DNA from: Octopus bimaculoides
Lineage: Eukaryota
NCBI RefSeq assembly: GCF_001194135.2
Contig: NC_068987.1
Coordinates: 13,631,646 to 13,695,614, forward strand
Reading direction: 5' to 3'
Length of the DNA: 63,969 nucleotides
In this document: one piece after another, positions 27,984-43,004 of the stretch
Position numbering within the stretch: the stretch's first letter is position 1
How the letters are laid out: the number at the start of each line of letters is the position of its first letter
The notes under the pieces: generated by a model
Seen by the model: the letters and a program-made list of their open reading frames with translations, nothing else
Database searches by the model: none
Told to the model about the DNA's origin: nothing
Translations under genes and position numbers: made by a program

Positions 27984-29778
27984 CTATATCCAGCTCGCAC
28001 AGATGTACCCTTACCATACACATACCATTAAGTAGCATCTTTTAAAACACAGAAAATCAGTTTACTTCATGTAAGAAAATTTGGAATGAGCATAGATTCA
28101 TTTATAAAATGTTGAACTTAACAGTTGTTTCTAGAAATATTAGGATGGTAACAGAATTTTAAAATTCATAAAAATTATTTTATGAATTTAAAACCTGGAA
28201 AAAGAAACTCCTTGCCTACTGGTATGAGACAAATACCATTATGTGATGAAGGGTAAATTAACACCTATCAAGGGAAGAAATCTTTTTATAGTGCTATTTT
28301 ACTCTTCATTGACCTATACACAAAAACTGAAGCATTTCACATTTGAATCTATTATGCTGAAGTAGATATTCACTTTACAAATGCAGGTATCTCTTATAAG
28401 TTGCTTGATCTGTGAGAAATAACCAAATCTTACATAAATCACATAATAACATCTTTAAAATGGAAAGACATTAGATAAAGTAATCCTAGATACACTATGC
28501 ATGAAAGGAAAATAAAAGGATCATGGCTATAGGTGTACTGGATCAGGCTGACCTAGGTTTAAACAATATCAGAGCCAACAGATATTTGGACAGTGAAACC
28601 AATGAATGCACAAGATAGGATGCTAGGAGACAGAAGGCAGATTTGTAATGATCAAGCTATGATATAAAATGACTAATATAAAATGAACTTGTAGCTAATG
28701 ACAACCAAGGTACACTAGAAGAAAACAATGAAAGCATTAATGAAGTGGATAAGAGTCCTCACTTTCAATTTAGAGTTTGCATTTCACAGGAAGTGCCAGC
28801 ACTATATTCTAGGACAAGAAACTTAAGCCATCTTACCTAATTTAGTAATTATCATTCACTCTTAAGCTTTTACATGCTAGAATAATTTGTGCAAAATCTA
28901 CAAATGCACACGTGTTCTCAGAGCAGATGTTCTAAGACAGGAACTTAGCTACTTCATTATCAAGACTTGCTTGTTTGACTGAACCCAATAGAATACACTG
29001 CACATGTGCAAACAAGCTTAACCATTTAGCTATGCGTAAAATTAGAACCACAAAATAATATTACTTTGGTGCTAAAGAAAAGAATATGCAATTTAGGCAC
29101 AGAAAATTTTAATATATGCATTTGAAGATCCTCTGCTGTTGAAATGACATTTCGAAGCTTATGTTCACTCACTGATGCTAACTAATCTAGTGTTGTACAT
29201 GGCTATCAATACCACAATATTGTATACTTCATTAGAATCACATAAAACCTTTTACACTAAGCACCGACAAATGAAGTCTTACAACTTAGTATTTTAACTA
29301 GCTTTGAAATACATTTATAAAAACAAACAAATAAAACAAACCCAATATTTACAATTCGCTCATGATCCGTTCAATTTATCAATATCTAGCTTTTAAAGGA
29401 AAATAAATATATATTTAGGTGTAATTCTGTTGATAAAATATCAAAGTTGGAAGGAAGACATACATGTATGAACATAAGTTTCACAATCTTTACATTGGAT
29501 GTTTAAAGACACAACTCTAAATCATATGGCTTCATTAACCCCTTTCAGTATATGTTTTAATATCAGATATCTTAGATGCCTTTACTTGTTTTATTCTGCT
29601 GATTGGTTATGTAACATATGACAAGCAAAATCAATTCTTTTAGTTCACTCAGGCTTAAAAATATATAACAAACTACTCATACCAAGAACCATTGTCTACA
29701 GCTAAAAGAAAGCCATGATAACAAAATCTACTTCCAATACCTATTCCACTCAATCAATAGCTAATCATTTTAAACTAC

Positions 29779-29955
<177 letters not shown>

Positions 29956-29980
29956 ACAAATTACTGAAGTCAAACAAAGT

Positions 29981-30257
29981 AGTGCCACTGGACTGGCTCC
30001 CGCGCAGGTGGCACATAAAATACACCATTTTGAGCGTGGCCATTGCCAGTACCGCCTGACTGGCCTTCGTACCGGTGGCACGTAAAAGCACCCACTACAC
30101 TCTCGGAGTGGTTGGCGTTAGGAAGGGCATCCAGCTGTAGAAACTCTGACAAATCAGATTGGAGCCTGGTGTAGCCATCTGGTTCACCAGTCCTCAGTCA
30201 AATCGTCCAACCCATGCTAGCATGGAAAGCGGACGTTAAACAATGATGATGATGATG
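29981..30257 (+). mobile_element. SINE family B (RTE-type tail ending in (GAT)n), 5'-truncated, young
   Basis: GGCACGTAAAAGCACC...GTTGGCGTTAGGAAGGGCATCCAGCTGTAG...CCAACCCATGCTAGCATGGAAAGCGGACGTTAAAC(A/G)ATGATGAT; CpGs retained. Confidence 0.85.
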
Positions 30258-30831
30258 TACATTTGAGATTGTTGCACAAAAGATAAAAAGTGGATTTCAT
30301 CTCTTACACAAATTCTTCCTTGGTTAAGGCATATCGAAATTTTGCCTAAGAAACGAAATTCCCTTTTTATCTTTTGCACAATTATCTGAAACCTGCATAT
30401 TAAATGCATTGAAAATATTCCTACTTGGTTTAACACCATTATCATATACATTATATGACAACAATACAAACTAACCAGCCCTAACTCCATTCATACTGGT
30501 ACTGTAACTAGGATTTGGAGTGGTGTGTTCTTTTTGATTTGAGTTGGAAATTCTGGTAATATGAATAGCTTCTAAGCATCTGTTTGTTATTCCCTCACCT
30601 GTCTCAATCTTTTGTTTTCTATATATTTGAACCATATCTATAGATGTTAAACATCTCATGTATTTGTCTCTATTTTCCATTATCCTTATGTTCTCCAAAA
30701 CACATCTCACTTCTCCTTGGAATTATCACCATGCAAGTGTGAATACTAATTTCTTAGGCACTTATGTGACATTTGGCTACCCTGTAACTGTTCCTCTGGA
30801 TCTTTCCTAGTAAACTGAACATATATATATA

Positions 30832-30981
30832 TGGTTGGCGTTAGGAAGGGCATCCAGCTGTAGAAACTCTGCCAAATTAGATTGGAGCCTGGTGTTGCCA
30901 TCCGGTTTCACCAGTCCTCAATCAAATCGCCCAACCCATGCTAGCATGGAAAGCGGACGTTAAACGACGACGATGATGATG
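30832..30981 (+). mobile_element. SINE family B 3' fragment inserted in (TA)n
   Basis: Near-identical to 30111-30257; (TA)n on both sides. Confidence 0.85.
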
Positions 30982-31219
30982 ATATATATATATGAATATT
31001 TCCTTTTAGTTTTGTAAGTAAAAGGAACAAATTTTATTTTCATAAAAAAAAAAAAAATCATTAATTAGACAACACATATTTCACAGGTATTGCTTGAAAT
31101 GATTTTCCGAAATTGTTTAACTGTTCCAGTTTCACAATGCAGACATGTCACAGCTTTCAATATCATAACATAGTGTTAACTATTTATTGAGCACATTGTG
31201 TTATAATTCCTCAGATCAG

Positions 31220-31237
31220 ATCTGGATATGTTGCGTT

Positions 31238-31310
<73 letters not shown>
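31220..31310. repeat. (TG)n microsatellite
   Basis: Directly visible. Confidence 0.95.
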
Positions 31311-31320
<10 letters not shown>

Positions 31321-32274
31321 TGAGAAAGAGGAGGTGGATAGAGGAAGAGTGGGAGTGAGTGAAACACCTCTTTTAAACATGTATTATAAACATAACCCAT
31401 ATTCTAGTTATCTTTTCTATCAACATTTCTTTCATATCCATTTAAATGAGTTCCAACTATTTTGTTGAAATTTAGGAAACTATTTTCCTAAATTAATCAT
31501 CAATGTTTCTAAGACTGTCATAGTCTCATCTTCAGGATGAAGTGAAATTGGTGACTGTTGCTGCCTCTAGGCAGGTCTAAGGTAATTTGTGCAAACAAAA
31601 TGATTAGCATTTATATTTTGTTAGATTTGAGTCCATAGTCAAGTGTTGTTTATTTTGGTTTGTGAAACAGTGCATCTTGCCTATGATCTCCACCTACCAT
31701 AGCATTTTGTTGGCTGTGTTATGAACATTACTTCCATCACAAAACATCTAGTTTTGTGGAGGGATTCTGTAGAGCATCAAGTTGTTATCTACTAATGTTT
31801 TCCTCTGCTGTGTAGTAAATACATTACAATTGCTCTTTGTAAGTCTACGGTGAACTGACAGGAGGCAGTCATTACTTGTATGACCAACATTATCAGTTGC
31901 AGTTGTGAGGTTTACAGTTGAATTCATAAACCACATTGAGCACTCGCATCTTATCTGCAACTTAACAAGTTTGTGTTTTATTATTAATTTATATATATAG
32001 TATAGATAAGATTCAATATTTTTGTAGTATATTATTACCGTGTGGGGGCGGGGGTGGACAAGCAGCATCAAAGCATTTATAAATAAGTTAGACATGTATA
32101 ATTAAGCAGAAAGATAGTCTATGGTAGTCCTTCTCAAATATATAGATGTCCAGAGGTTTAAGGAATAGGAAATATTACCTACTTCCTTTCTGCATAATTA
32201 TGTATTTATATGCTTATTTGTATAACATATCTATAAATGCCTCTCCACGTTTTATTTTATCTTTACTTTTGTTA

Positions 32275-32560
32275 GCTCAACCACGTGGTTCCAGGTTCAG
32301 TCTTATCGCTTAGTACCATGGGCAAGTGTCTTCCGCTATAGCCCCCAGCCAAACAAAGCCTTGTGGATGGATTTGGTAGACAGAAACTGAAAGAAACCTG
32401 TTACATACGTGCATGTTTGTGTGTGTGTGTGTGTACATGTCTTTGTGTCTGTGTTTGTCTCATACCACTGTTTGACAGCTGGTGTTGGTGTGTTTACATC
32501 CCTGTAACTTAGCAGTTCAGCAAAAGAGATCCAATAGAGTAAGTACCAGGCTTCAAAAAA
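32275..32560 (+). mobile_element. SINE family A, 5'-truncated
   Basis: GGTTCAGTC...GGGCAAGTGTCTTC...GGATTTGGTAGACAGAAACTGAAAGAA...GTAAGTACCAGGCTT. Confidence 0.8.
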
Positions 32561-34389
32561 AGCCCCCAAAAAATTACAGAAACCAGCAAAAAATAAATGG
32601 GTGTGTGCATGTGCATTGATTCACACATCCATTTCTTTCCAGGCATGCATGGATTAATGACTATTATTAAAGCAATGTTTTACATATGCACACACACACA
32701 CACACATTACACACACATACAACACATACAACACACACAAGTCGACACGGATGTCAATTAGATAAATTACAGCAGCTTGTCAGTAATGCTGCATTTCGTG
32801 GCCATGATCAACAGCTGAGTCCACTTGGATGTAAATAGCTCAAATGTTAAGTTGCAGCGACACTGTGGGATTGCAATACCCAAGAACTTCTAGAAAAAAG
32901 CTGTCTACAATGGATCGGTCTCACATTAGCTTAAATGCTATGGGAACCAGGAATACGAGCCAGCATCACGTATCCATGTGATTTGGAAAGAGTAGGGATA
33001 AGGATGTAACAACACTAATTGTGGCTCTACATAATTTAGTACTGTGTAAACAGCTAATTATTGCATGTAGTGTTTAAAGTAACTACTCTATAATGTATGC
33101 AATTGATTTCGATGCTACAACTAACTGCCCGGGAAAAATAAATAAATAAATAAATAACAACAAGAAAAGCAACTATCAACTTTTCAGGTTACATAATTTA
33201 TCAATATAACATGATATGAAGAGATGGTAAATGGCAAAAAGCAAAAAAAGAAAAAAGAATGTAATAACCTGTATATAAAAAAATATCACAATCATATCAA
33301 GGTCCCCCTCCCCACAAACACAAGAATAATACAATGTTGGAAGCATTAGGCTTTCCTGAAAAGGAATCTAATTGACAATAAGGTCTGGGTTTTTTTTNNN
33401 NNNNNNNNNNNNNNNNNNNNNNNNNNNNNNNNNNNNNNNNNNNNNNNNNNNNNNNNNNNNNNNNNNNNNNNNNNNNNNNNNNNNNNNNNNNNNNNNNNNN
33501 NNNNNNNNNNNNNNNNNNNNNNNNNNNNNNNNNNNNNNNNNNNNNNNNNNNNNNNNNNNNNNNNNNNNNNNNNNNNNNNNNNNNNNNNNNNNNNNNNNNN
33601 NNNNNNNNNNNNNNNNNNNNNNNNNNNNNNNNNNNNNNNNNNNNNNNNNNNNNNNNNNNNNNNNNNNNNNNNNNNNNNNNNNNNNNNNNNNNNNNNNNNN
33701 NNNNNNNNNNNNNNNNNNNNNNNNNNNNNNNNNNNNNNNNNNNNNNNNNNNNNNNNNNNNNNNNNNNNNNNNNNNNNNNNNNNNNNNNNNNNNNNNNNNN
33801 NNNNNNNNNNNNNNNNNNNNNNNNNNNNNNNNNNNNNNNNNNNNNNNNNNNNNNNNNNNNNNNNNNNNNNNNNNNNNNNNNNNNNNNNNNNNNNNNNNNN
33901 NNNNNNNNNNNNNNNNNNNNNNNNNNNNNNNNNNNNNNNNNNNNNNNNNNNNNNNNNNNNNNNNNNNNNNNNNNNNNNNNNNNNNNNNNNNNNNNNNNNN
34001 NNNNNNNNNNNNNNNNNNNNNNNNNNNNNNNNNNNNNNNNNNNNNNNNNNNNNNNNNNNNNNNNNNNNNNNNNNNNNNNNNNNNNNNNNNNNNNNNNNNN
34101 NNNNNNNNNNNNNNNNNNNNNNNNNNNNNNNNNNNNNNNNNNNNNNNNNNNNNNNNNNNNNNNNNNNNNNNNNNNNNNNNNNNNNNNNNNNNNNNNNNNN
34201 NNNNNNNNTTTTTTTTTTTTTTTTTTTTAATGAATTAAAGCATCTAAAAAATCCCTGAAACATAGAAACTCTGTCTCTAAGATATGAGCATTTATCATTT
34301 CACTGTAGACTCAATTGTTGAAATAGTCACAAAAAAGCTTGCAACAACTGTTTCTCACAAAAGTATTGGGTAAAGAAGGTAACATTTCA

Positions 34390-34612
34390 TAAGCTTTCAA
34401 CATTCAGATTACTGTCTAATATGATGCTTATTTATTCACATTGTTTTGCATTAATCGTACATTATCTTGAAACTTTAAAGACAATGATGTGAGAGCTTAT
34501 TTTTAGACTGACATTGTAAGATAGATCTGAGAGGCCTGGTTTGACAAGTTTGAACATAAAACAGGTAGAATATTTGGGCCTCATATGTTCAATTTAAATG
34601 CTAAAGAGTTAA
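34390..34612. mobile_element. TTAA-flanked MITE family 1, inverted copy
   Basis: Ends AAATGCTAAAGAG|TTAA. The internal GAACATAAAACAGGTAGAATATTT is the reverse complement of the 23284 copy's AATATTCTGCCTGTTTTAAGTTC. Confidence 0.6.
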
Positions 34613-35583
34613 ACATATACAACTATATTCTTAATGGTAATATAGTAATGATAAACAGAATAACTGTAAATCACTGCAGAAAAAGTATTTTGAAGAAATA
34701 ATCTTAGATTTGAAAACCAATAGAATTAATTAAAAGAATTGGCCAATATTTATTGCTTCCATGTAAAACAGCAATTACATGAAAAAATGTAAAATAATTT
34801 TCACAATTGTAAAAGTTTCAAATGTGAACAAAAATGACATTATTCGAAACATTTCTCTAACAAACAGGCTATGGGTTTGTCCTCTTTCAAAAGCACTATA
34901 AAATATATATATATATATAATTAAAAACAAATCAAAAGATTATTGTGTACAATTAGGTCATCAGTTATAATAACGTCCGTCTATTAGACAAATCAATTAG
35001 TAAAATGAAGACAATGTAGATACAATAAGCCAAATATATTAGAGAAACTTAATGATTATCAGTTGTTTTGGTTAGAGATTATTAGAAACAAAGTCATTAG
35101 ATATGTAAAAAATGTTTCTATGTGAAGAATTTACAAAATATGGCTAGCAACCAATAAGTGCTTCTATAGCAAATATCATCTTTCCTAAAGAAATAATGCT
35201 GCCTGAAGATAAAACCAACCTACAGTAATGATATAATAACAAAGTGAGTAAAAGTGCATATTTGCTCCTTGGTTACAGATATGATCTGTCAGGTTACAAC
35301 TGAATATAGCTACTCCTACGATTATGACCAAAGTGAGTCGAGATTAGCAAGTTCTCACACACATACACACAAGTTTTACACTGTATAACCTGCTAAAACT
35401 TAAGAAAGAGATGATAACCATCAGCCAAAGAATAAATGTAAGAACAAAGAAATGATTGATTACAGCTAGCAAAGAAACCAGCCCGAAATTCTGTATTTAG
35501 AGAGGTGGTACTCAGTCTTTTGATGCTCGGGGCTTACTTTAACCAAAAGGCATTTTACAAATGCTCCCTCCATATGTATTATA

Positions 35584-35977
35584 TACTCTCTTTACTTTTA
35601 CTTTTTTCAGTCATTTGACTGTGGCCATGCTGGAGCACCGCCTTTAGTCGAGCAAATCGACCCCAGGACTTATTCTTTGTAAGCCTAGTACTTATCCTAT
35701 CGGTCTCTTTTGTCAAACCACTAAGTTACGGGGACGTAAACACACAAGCATCGGTTGTCAAGCGATGGTGGGGGGGACAAACACAGACACACAAACACAA
35801 ACACACATATATACATATATACGACAGGCTTCTTTCAGTTTCCGTCTACCAAATCCACTCACAAGGCTTTGGTCAGCTCGAGGCTATAGTAGAAGACACT
35901 TGCCCAAGGTGCCACACAGTGGGACTGAACCAAGAACCATGTGGCTGGTAAGCAAGCTACTTACCACACAGCCACTC
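35584..35977 (-). mobile_element. tRNA-derived SINE family A (CORE-like segment, internal CA/TG microsatellite), well-preserved copy
   Basis: Reverse complement begins GAGTGGCTGTGTGGTAAG (A-box-like), GGTTCAGTCCC (B-box-like), CACCTTGGGCAAGTG (CORE-like); tail GCAGTCAAATGACTGAAACAAGTAAAAG-like. Many homologous copies in the window. Confidence 0.9.
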
Positions 35978-38900
35978 AAATAAAAATAAATAAAAACTGA
36001 TTATTTTAATCAAACAGAAGCTAATTTTGTATATTAGTTATTACCTATATTTTCTTAATAGATTCCAATCAGCATGTGGCTCCCTTCAGATATTTGTATG
36101 GATTTATGCCCCACTGCATTAAACTTTTATGAAAATACTAAAGAAGGTGATGATTGACATAATGAAATTACAGTGGAATGTTCAAGCATCAGTAGTCATG
36201 CTTCTGCTCACTGATAATGCAATGCCTTTCTTGTATTTTAATCCTGACAAAGATTTTTTTTTTTTTTCAAAATTTTATATAGAATACAACTATTGTATCT
36301 GGTTGAAATATTTTATTTCAAAGAAAAGTGTTGACCCTTCTAAAATACCCGTGTCTTCCCATAGCCCTCCTTGACAGTTGAATGCCCCTTTGTATGCTAA
36401 CACTACCTTAGTTAAGAACCACGTTCGACAAAATTTTAGAAGAGAGGAAAAAATAAGAATCACAAGAAAAGTACAGATGACATATCAGTAGTTTCCAAGA
36501 AAATGCTTACAGCAATTTCACAATATGTTATAGAACTAACTTAAATCACAGGGCAATTTTTAACAAAATCAAGGGGTTCGGTTCACAAGTATTTAATCAC
36601 AATTAGAATTATTAAAGTAATGTACTCAAGTCATTTGTGAAATGCTAATGTCCTACCTACACTTATTCCAAAGGTCAAGATTATCCAGCAGCCATGTTGT
36701 GAATGGTACCTGAGCTAAAGAAAAGGACTGTTTCTATTTTGTTCTATTCCAACTCTATTGAAAATACAATGCTAACATCTGATCACAACTGGACAAAGCA
36801 TTTTACATTTTTAATCTGAATATTATTATTATTATTAATTTTTTTCTCTTTCTCTTTTTTCTTTTCAGGAACGTAAAATATCAAATGATATTTATGGTCT
36901 GAAAATATCAATATGCTTAATGATTACTTGTTTGTTTGTATTTTTTTAATTTTTAATTACTTAGAGCAAGGGTGTGCAGCAGTACACATAGTCTTTGTAT
37001 ACATACTCAGACTGTTGAGTTCTATGGGGTCGGTGCCCATAGGAAAAATGTAAGGGAGAAAGAAGTGGGTTCTTGAACATTGTATTTTTAAGTAGGAAGA
37101 TTGAGTAACTAAAAGAATGATATATGAGATTTTTGTATATTATCTTTCGCTGTAGCATCTATGTAATTAGTAATAAAAAAATTTTTTTTAACCAGCAACA
37201 TAATTTCATTTGCACTCATGTCAGAGAGAAAATGGCAATTTATATCTTAAGATAAAATAAACTTTAGCTAATATAATCAAGTTGTTTTTATGTGAGTGTG
37301 TCTGTGTGTGGTGGTGGTGGTGGTGGTGGTGGTCTAGAGTTCTACATTCAGTATAACTGTTTTCTTTATAGAAGTGACAAAAACAGCCAAATACAAAAGG
37401 CAACAATATTTGCCAGAAACTGAGAACAAAAGCATAAAGATAAAAAATGGTGGCAGATAGCTTTTTGTTCTTTTTCTTCTTATCTCATAGTCAGGAGAGA
37501 GGAGGTGGAACCCATGGCTTTTACACAGCCTCCAAGACTAGTACAAGAGAGAAAGGAAGGTATGNNNNNNNNNNNNNNNNNNNNNNNNNNNNNNNNNNNN
37601 NNNNNNNNNNNNNNNNNNNNNNNNNNNNNNNNNNNNNNNNNNNNNNNNNNNNNNNNNNNNNNNNNNNNNNNNNNNNNNNNNNNNNNNNNNNNNNNNNNNN
37701 NNNNNNNNNNNNNNNNNNNNNNNNNNNNNNNNNNNNNNNNNNNNNNNNNNNNNNNNNNNNNNNNNNNNNNNNNNNNNNNNNNNNNNNNNNNNNNNNNNNN
37801 NNNNNNNNNNNNNNNNNNNNNNNNNNNNNNNNNNNNNNNNNNNNNNNNNNNNNNNNNNNNNNNNNNNNNNNNNNNNNNNNNNNNNNNNNNNNNNNNNNNN
37901 NNNNNNNNNNNNNNNNNNNNNNNNNNNNNNNNNNNNNNNNNNNNNNNNNNNNNNNNNNNNNNNNNNNNNNNNNNNNNNNNNNNNNNNNNNNNNNNNNNNN
38001 NNNNNNNNNNNNNNNNNNNNNNNNNNNNNNNNNNNNNNNNNNNNNNNNNNNNNNNNNNNNNNNNNNNNGTGTGTGTGTGTGTGTGTGTGTGTGTACGTGC
38101 ATGCATGCATGCATGCATGTCCCAGTACTGCTTGACAAACAGGTTGGTGTGTTTATGCCCCCATAACTTAGTGGTTCAACAAAAGAGACTGGTAAAATAA
38201 GTACCAGGCTTCAAAAATAAGTACTGGGGTTGATTTGTTTGACTAAAATTCTTCAGTGCCCCAGCTTGGCCACAATCTAATGATTAAAACAAGTAAAAGA
38301 TAATCTACCACTCTGGACTGGTATGGTTTCTTATATTGACTTCAATGAATAATGACAAGATAGAAGGAAAAGTTGACCTCAAACATGATTTGATCTCAAG
38401 AGTACAGAGAACTGGAACAAATACCACAAGGTATTCTGATGCACCAACAACTCTGCCAATTCACCACCCTAGATAAAACTGATAAAAGCTGGAACTCTTG
38501 TATACTTAGATAAGACATTTTCTTCTATATAAAACCTGGCAATCGTTCTGTATAAACATTTACAACTTGATTTTCCCACAAAGTACAAAAGACAAAAAAA
38601 AAAAAGATTAAAATTTGCTAAAATCAGCTCATTTTGCTTGGCAATTGGCTTTATCATACTTAATTGCAGAGACAGAATTATTAAAAATCGTAATTAACCT
38701 ACACCAAAAAAAAAAAGGAAATTACTAAAAGATATTTAATTATACATTTAATTTTGATAAAAGCTACTTAAAATATATGTTCATGGNNNNNNNNNNNNNN
38801 NNNNNNNNNNNNNNNNNNNNNNNNNNNNNNNNNNNNNNNNNNNNNNNNNNNNNNNNNNNNNNNNNNNNNNNNNNNNNNNNNNNNNNNNNNNNNNNNNNNN

Positions 38901-39221
38901 NNNNNNNNNNNNNNNNNNNNNNNNNNNNNNNNNNNNNNNNNNNNNNNNNNNNNNNNNNNNNNNNNATAATGGGTAACAGAGGACAAACAAGAGAAAGGGT
39001 GAGAGGAAAGAGATAGAAAGGAAAGAGAAGAAAACAAGATATTATCATCATTTAATGTCCACTATTCCATGCTTGCAAGGGTCAGATGGAATTTGTTGCC
39101 AACCCTCACCAGTTTCCAAGCCCATAGTTAGACATGTTCTTACAGAAAACTGAAAATAAATGACATCAATTGGATGATGAAGATTCTTCTTTATAATCAC
39201 ATGATGTCTAGACGGTGGCTG

Positions 39222-39259
39222 GCGCGCGCGCGCGCGCGCGCGCGCGCACACACACACAC

Positions 39260-39299
<40 letters not shown>

Positions 39300-39303
39300 C
39301 CTC
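39222..39303. repeat. Compound (GC)13-(AC)n-(CT)n microsatellite
   Basis: Directly visible; adjoins a minus-strand family A SINE head at about 39320-39470. Confidence 0.95.
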
Positions 39304-40095
39304 TCGCAACACTCACACAAACACACAAAAAGCTTCTTTCAGCTTCTGTCTAGCAAATCTACTCACAAGGTTTTGGGCACCCTGAGACTGAGAGTGCCAC
39401 ACAGTGGGACTGAACCCAAGACCACATGCATGGGAAGAAAGCTTCTTAACCACACAGCAACATCTGTGACATGACACACAAAAAGTAAAGAGAAATGAAG
39501 CTAGAAAGGAACAAAAACAAGAAAGTGAGACGCACTGAACAAAACAGAGAGGTGGGGTGGGAGGGTAGTCCAGAATATTTGCAGACAGTTGGCTAATTCT
39601 AAATGAGACTGTTGAAACGGAGACAACAGGTGCATATTTGAATCTAAGATTAATACAAGGACATAAATGTCAGACAGACACCAAACTAAGAAGAAGCCAG
39701 ACTACTCAATGTCATGTTCTGTAAGAATTTAACTTCACTAAATGATACATCATCATCATCATTCACTGTCCACTTTCCTTGCAAGGAACAGAGGACAAAA
39801 ATTACTGAGGCAGATTTTCTCCATCTAGATGCCGCCCTTCCTGTCATCAACCCTTACCTGTTTCCAAGTAAGGTGATATCTCCTTAAGGCCAGACATGTA
39901 CTCACAGGTTACTGAAAATGAATGAAACCACTTACATGACAGTGGCACTCATTTACAACCATCACATAATGTCAAGATCATGCGTGCACACACACAACAG
40001 GGTTCTTTCAATTTCTGCATACCAAATCCAGTTACAAGGCTTTGGTGGGCCTGAACCCATAATTATGAGGTTAGGAAACTCTCTCTCTCTCTCTC

Positions 40096-40153
<58 letters not shown>

Positions 40154-41266
40154 AGCTGACTATAATAATCAGTAAAAACTACCACCTCAACACAAAATGT
40201 GTGATTTGCATCATAAGTGAAATAGGAGTTTATGATGTTGGTATCTTTTTTTAATGGTATGCGTTTAATGTGTAATTAATGTGATTTCAAATTGCTTCCA
40301 ATGAAAACTGAAATTGGGTGGCAAACTCTTTTTATCAAGAACTTTGCTTGACAGTAAGAAAAAAAAAAAATTATCACTTTTATTTTAATCTTTAATTTAA
40401 TGTTATTTATATCAAAGATCAAAGTAGAAAATTAATCCCAGTTTTTTTTCATTATTTCTATCAATTGTCGCTAATTAAGCAATTTAGCACACATTTAACG
40501 CACTTTATGGAGAATATTGAATGAATTTTCAAATCCAAATGAATAAAATTACTTCTGATAAGAAATTTATCACAACTAATGCAAAGAACCAAAATAATAA
40601 TAATAATAATAATAATAATAATCCTTTCTTCTATAAGCACAAGGCCTGAAATTTTAGGGAGGGGCTTAGTCAATTACATCAACTCCAGTGCTCAACTGGT
40701 TACTTTTTTCATCAATCCTGAAAGATGAAAGGCAAAGTTGACTTTAAAGACAGGTAAAATGTCACTAAGCATTTTGTCTGGCATGCTAATGATTCAGCCA
40801 GCTCACTACCTTAATAATAATAATAATAATTGTCTGATATAGGCACAAGGCCTGAAATTTGGGGATGTGTTTTTACACACTGATTCTATTAAATACAGTT
40901 AAGAATCGAAAGTTTTGGTTTCTGATTACTATATGAAATCAGAAGAATCTGTTGAAGAATGGTTAACCTTAGTGACATTATAAGAGAGCAAAATGAATTT
41001 TAAGAACCACAACATTCTCAAGAAAATTTCGAAACCTCAACAACCAAGAATCAAAACTGTTTCACTGACTTTTCTTGCCAAGAACCCATCTCTAAACCAC
41101 AATGCTTACCATTTTATATTATTTTATTCCTTTACTCATGCTTGCAAGAGAACTACTTTTAAGGGTTTAGTCAATAATACTGTATTTTAGACGAGAACTT
41201 ATCGATTTCTAACTGCTAAGTGACAGGACATAAAAGTTCATAACATAACCACAAACAAAAGCATGA

Positions 41267-41297
<31 letters not shown>

Positions 41298-43004
41298 ACA
41301 CTCATAAAGCAGTGATCGATCAAAGGCTAGAATAACCCTAAGTATCAGGCAGTGGTATTGAACATGGAACCTCATGACTGTGAAGCAAACTTAACCAAAT
41401 AGCTATGCTGCCATCTGAATAAATACTTCAAGACATATGTGTACAAGTGTCAACAGAATCAGTTATGCATGCAAACATATCTACATGTGCCCAGTTAAAT
41501 TTACAAATTAGAGTTTATCAATAAATTTCCGTTGAATATTTTATAGCTACTTGACAGAAAAGATGAAAGACATAGAGGGAGTTAAGTGTCCTAAATATTT
41601 CAACATTTAATTTTTATGTTCTATCAAATTTGTTTATGTTGATTCCAGAAATGTGCAAATAACTTCCATCCAACAAATTGCCAGGCTAAGTATGTTAATA
41701 GAGACGCAATTACCAGCCTAATGTAGCTGCAATATTCATGAAGATTGTAACTTCAATGTAGATTCGTAAATTCAAACATTACTAGTGTTTAGTCAGAACA
41801 TAGAACCATTTATGGAGTCACTGGTGTTGCATGGAACATTTTCTGGGGATAAAACTGAAATTTATTTGGCTTGAGATTTCTATTTTGCCTCACAGTCATA
41901 TATAAAACACCTTCCACTAATCTATAAAATCAAAAATGAATCATAGAGGATTGAATAAGGAAACAGGTTTATCAGAGAGGCTGGCAATACACATTGTATT
42001 ACCAATACTACACGGTGTCTGAGATGATTAACTCTTAACGATCGAGTTCATTAGGTCGGAAGAGCAAGTGATATAGTTCACTGTGGTTTGCAGTAGCCGC
42101 ATAGTGAAATGAACAAGTGAATTATCAAACTTGCAGTGCTGGATTCAGTTCTAGTCAAGCAAAAGGTGGCCTGTTATTTTCCCATCCAGATAGGAGTAAT
42201 TCATTTCTAGAATACTTGATACTAAAGGTAAGCATCAACTCTGGGAGTACTAATAACTTAGGAGTGTATCTGGTGCCAAAGAGATGGTTGAGACAATTTA
42301 CACACGGAAAGCAGGTACTAGTGAATTAAAAGCCCAGACTTACACAATTAAAATATAATTTCTAACAGAGGTAATAATTCACTACCCCAGCCATTAAAAA
42401 AAAAAAAAGTAGAGAACATCACTTCAGGAATTGAACTGTGATCATGATAACAATAATATACCAAGATGACTTGATGGACAACTAAACAATAATAATGGTT
42501 TCAAATTTTGGCACAAGGCCAGCAGTTTTTTAGGGTATTGGGGAATTGATTACATCAACCCTAGAACTCAACAGGTACTTATTTCATTGACTCCAAAATG
42601 ATGAAAGGAAAAGCCAATCTTAGCAGAATTTGAGTTCAGAATGTAAAGATGGACGAAATACCAATAAACACTTTGTCTAGCATGTTAATAGTTCCACCAG
42701 CTTGCCATCTTCAACTAAACCATAACAACAACAATCTGGCTTCTATAGTCAACATTATGAATCTAATCCTCATTTTTGTTGTTGTTGCTTAAGTTACTAG
42801 TTACTGTTTAATAAGATTATTACTGTTGCTATTGTGTAATTTTTCCCACTGAATAATAGGCAGGTAAAAGAGTATTAAGTCATTTATTGCTTATAAGAAC
42901 TTGTTTGATTTATTAGCCAATGTAATTAGTAATTATATTTCTTGTAGTATGTATACTGTTTATATTAGTCAGACTAGTGTTATCATTTTGATCGTTGCTT
43001 TCAT

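Noticed and set aside
30471-30710. Minus-strand ORF containing a strong CAG|GTGAGG donor near 30593
   Set aside because: The ATG frame reaches the donor in phase 1, and the phase-0 frame has a stop with no ATG, so it cannot join the liprin exon.
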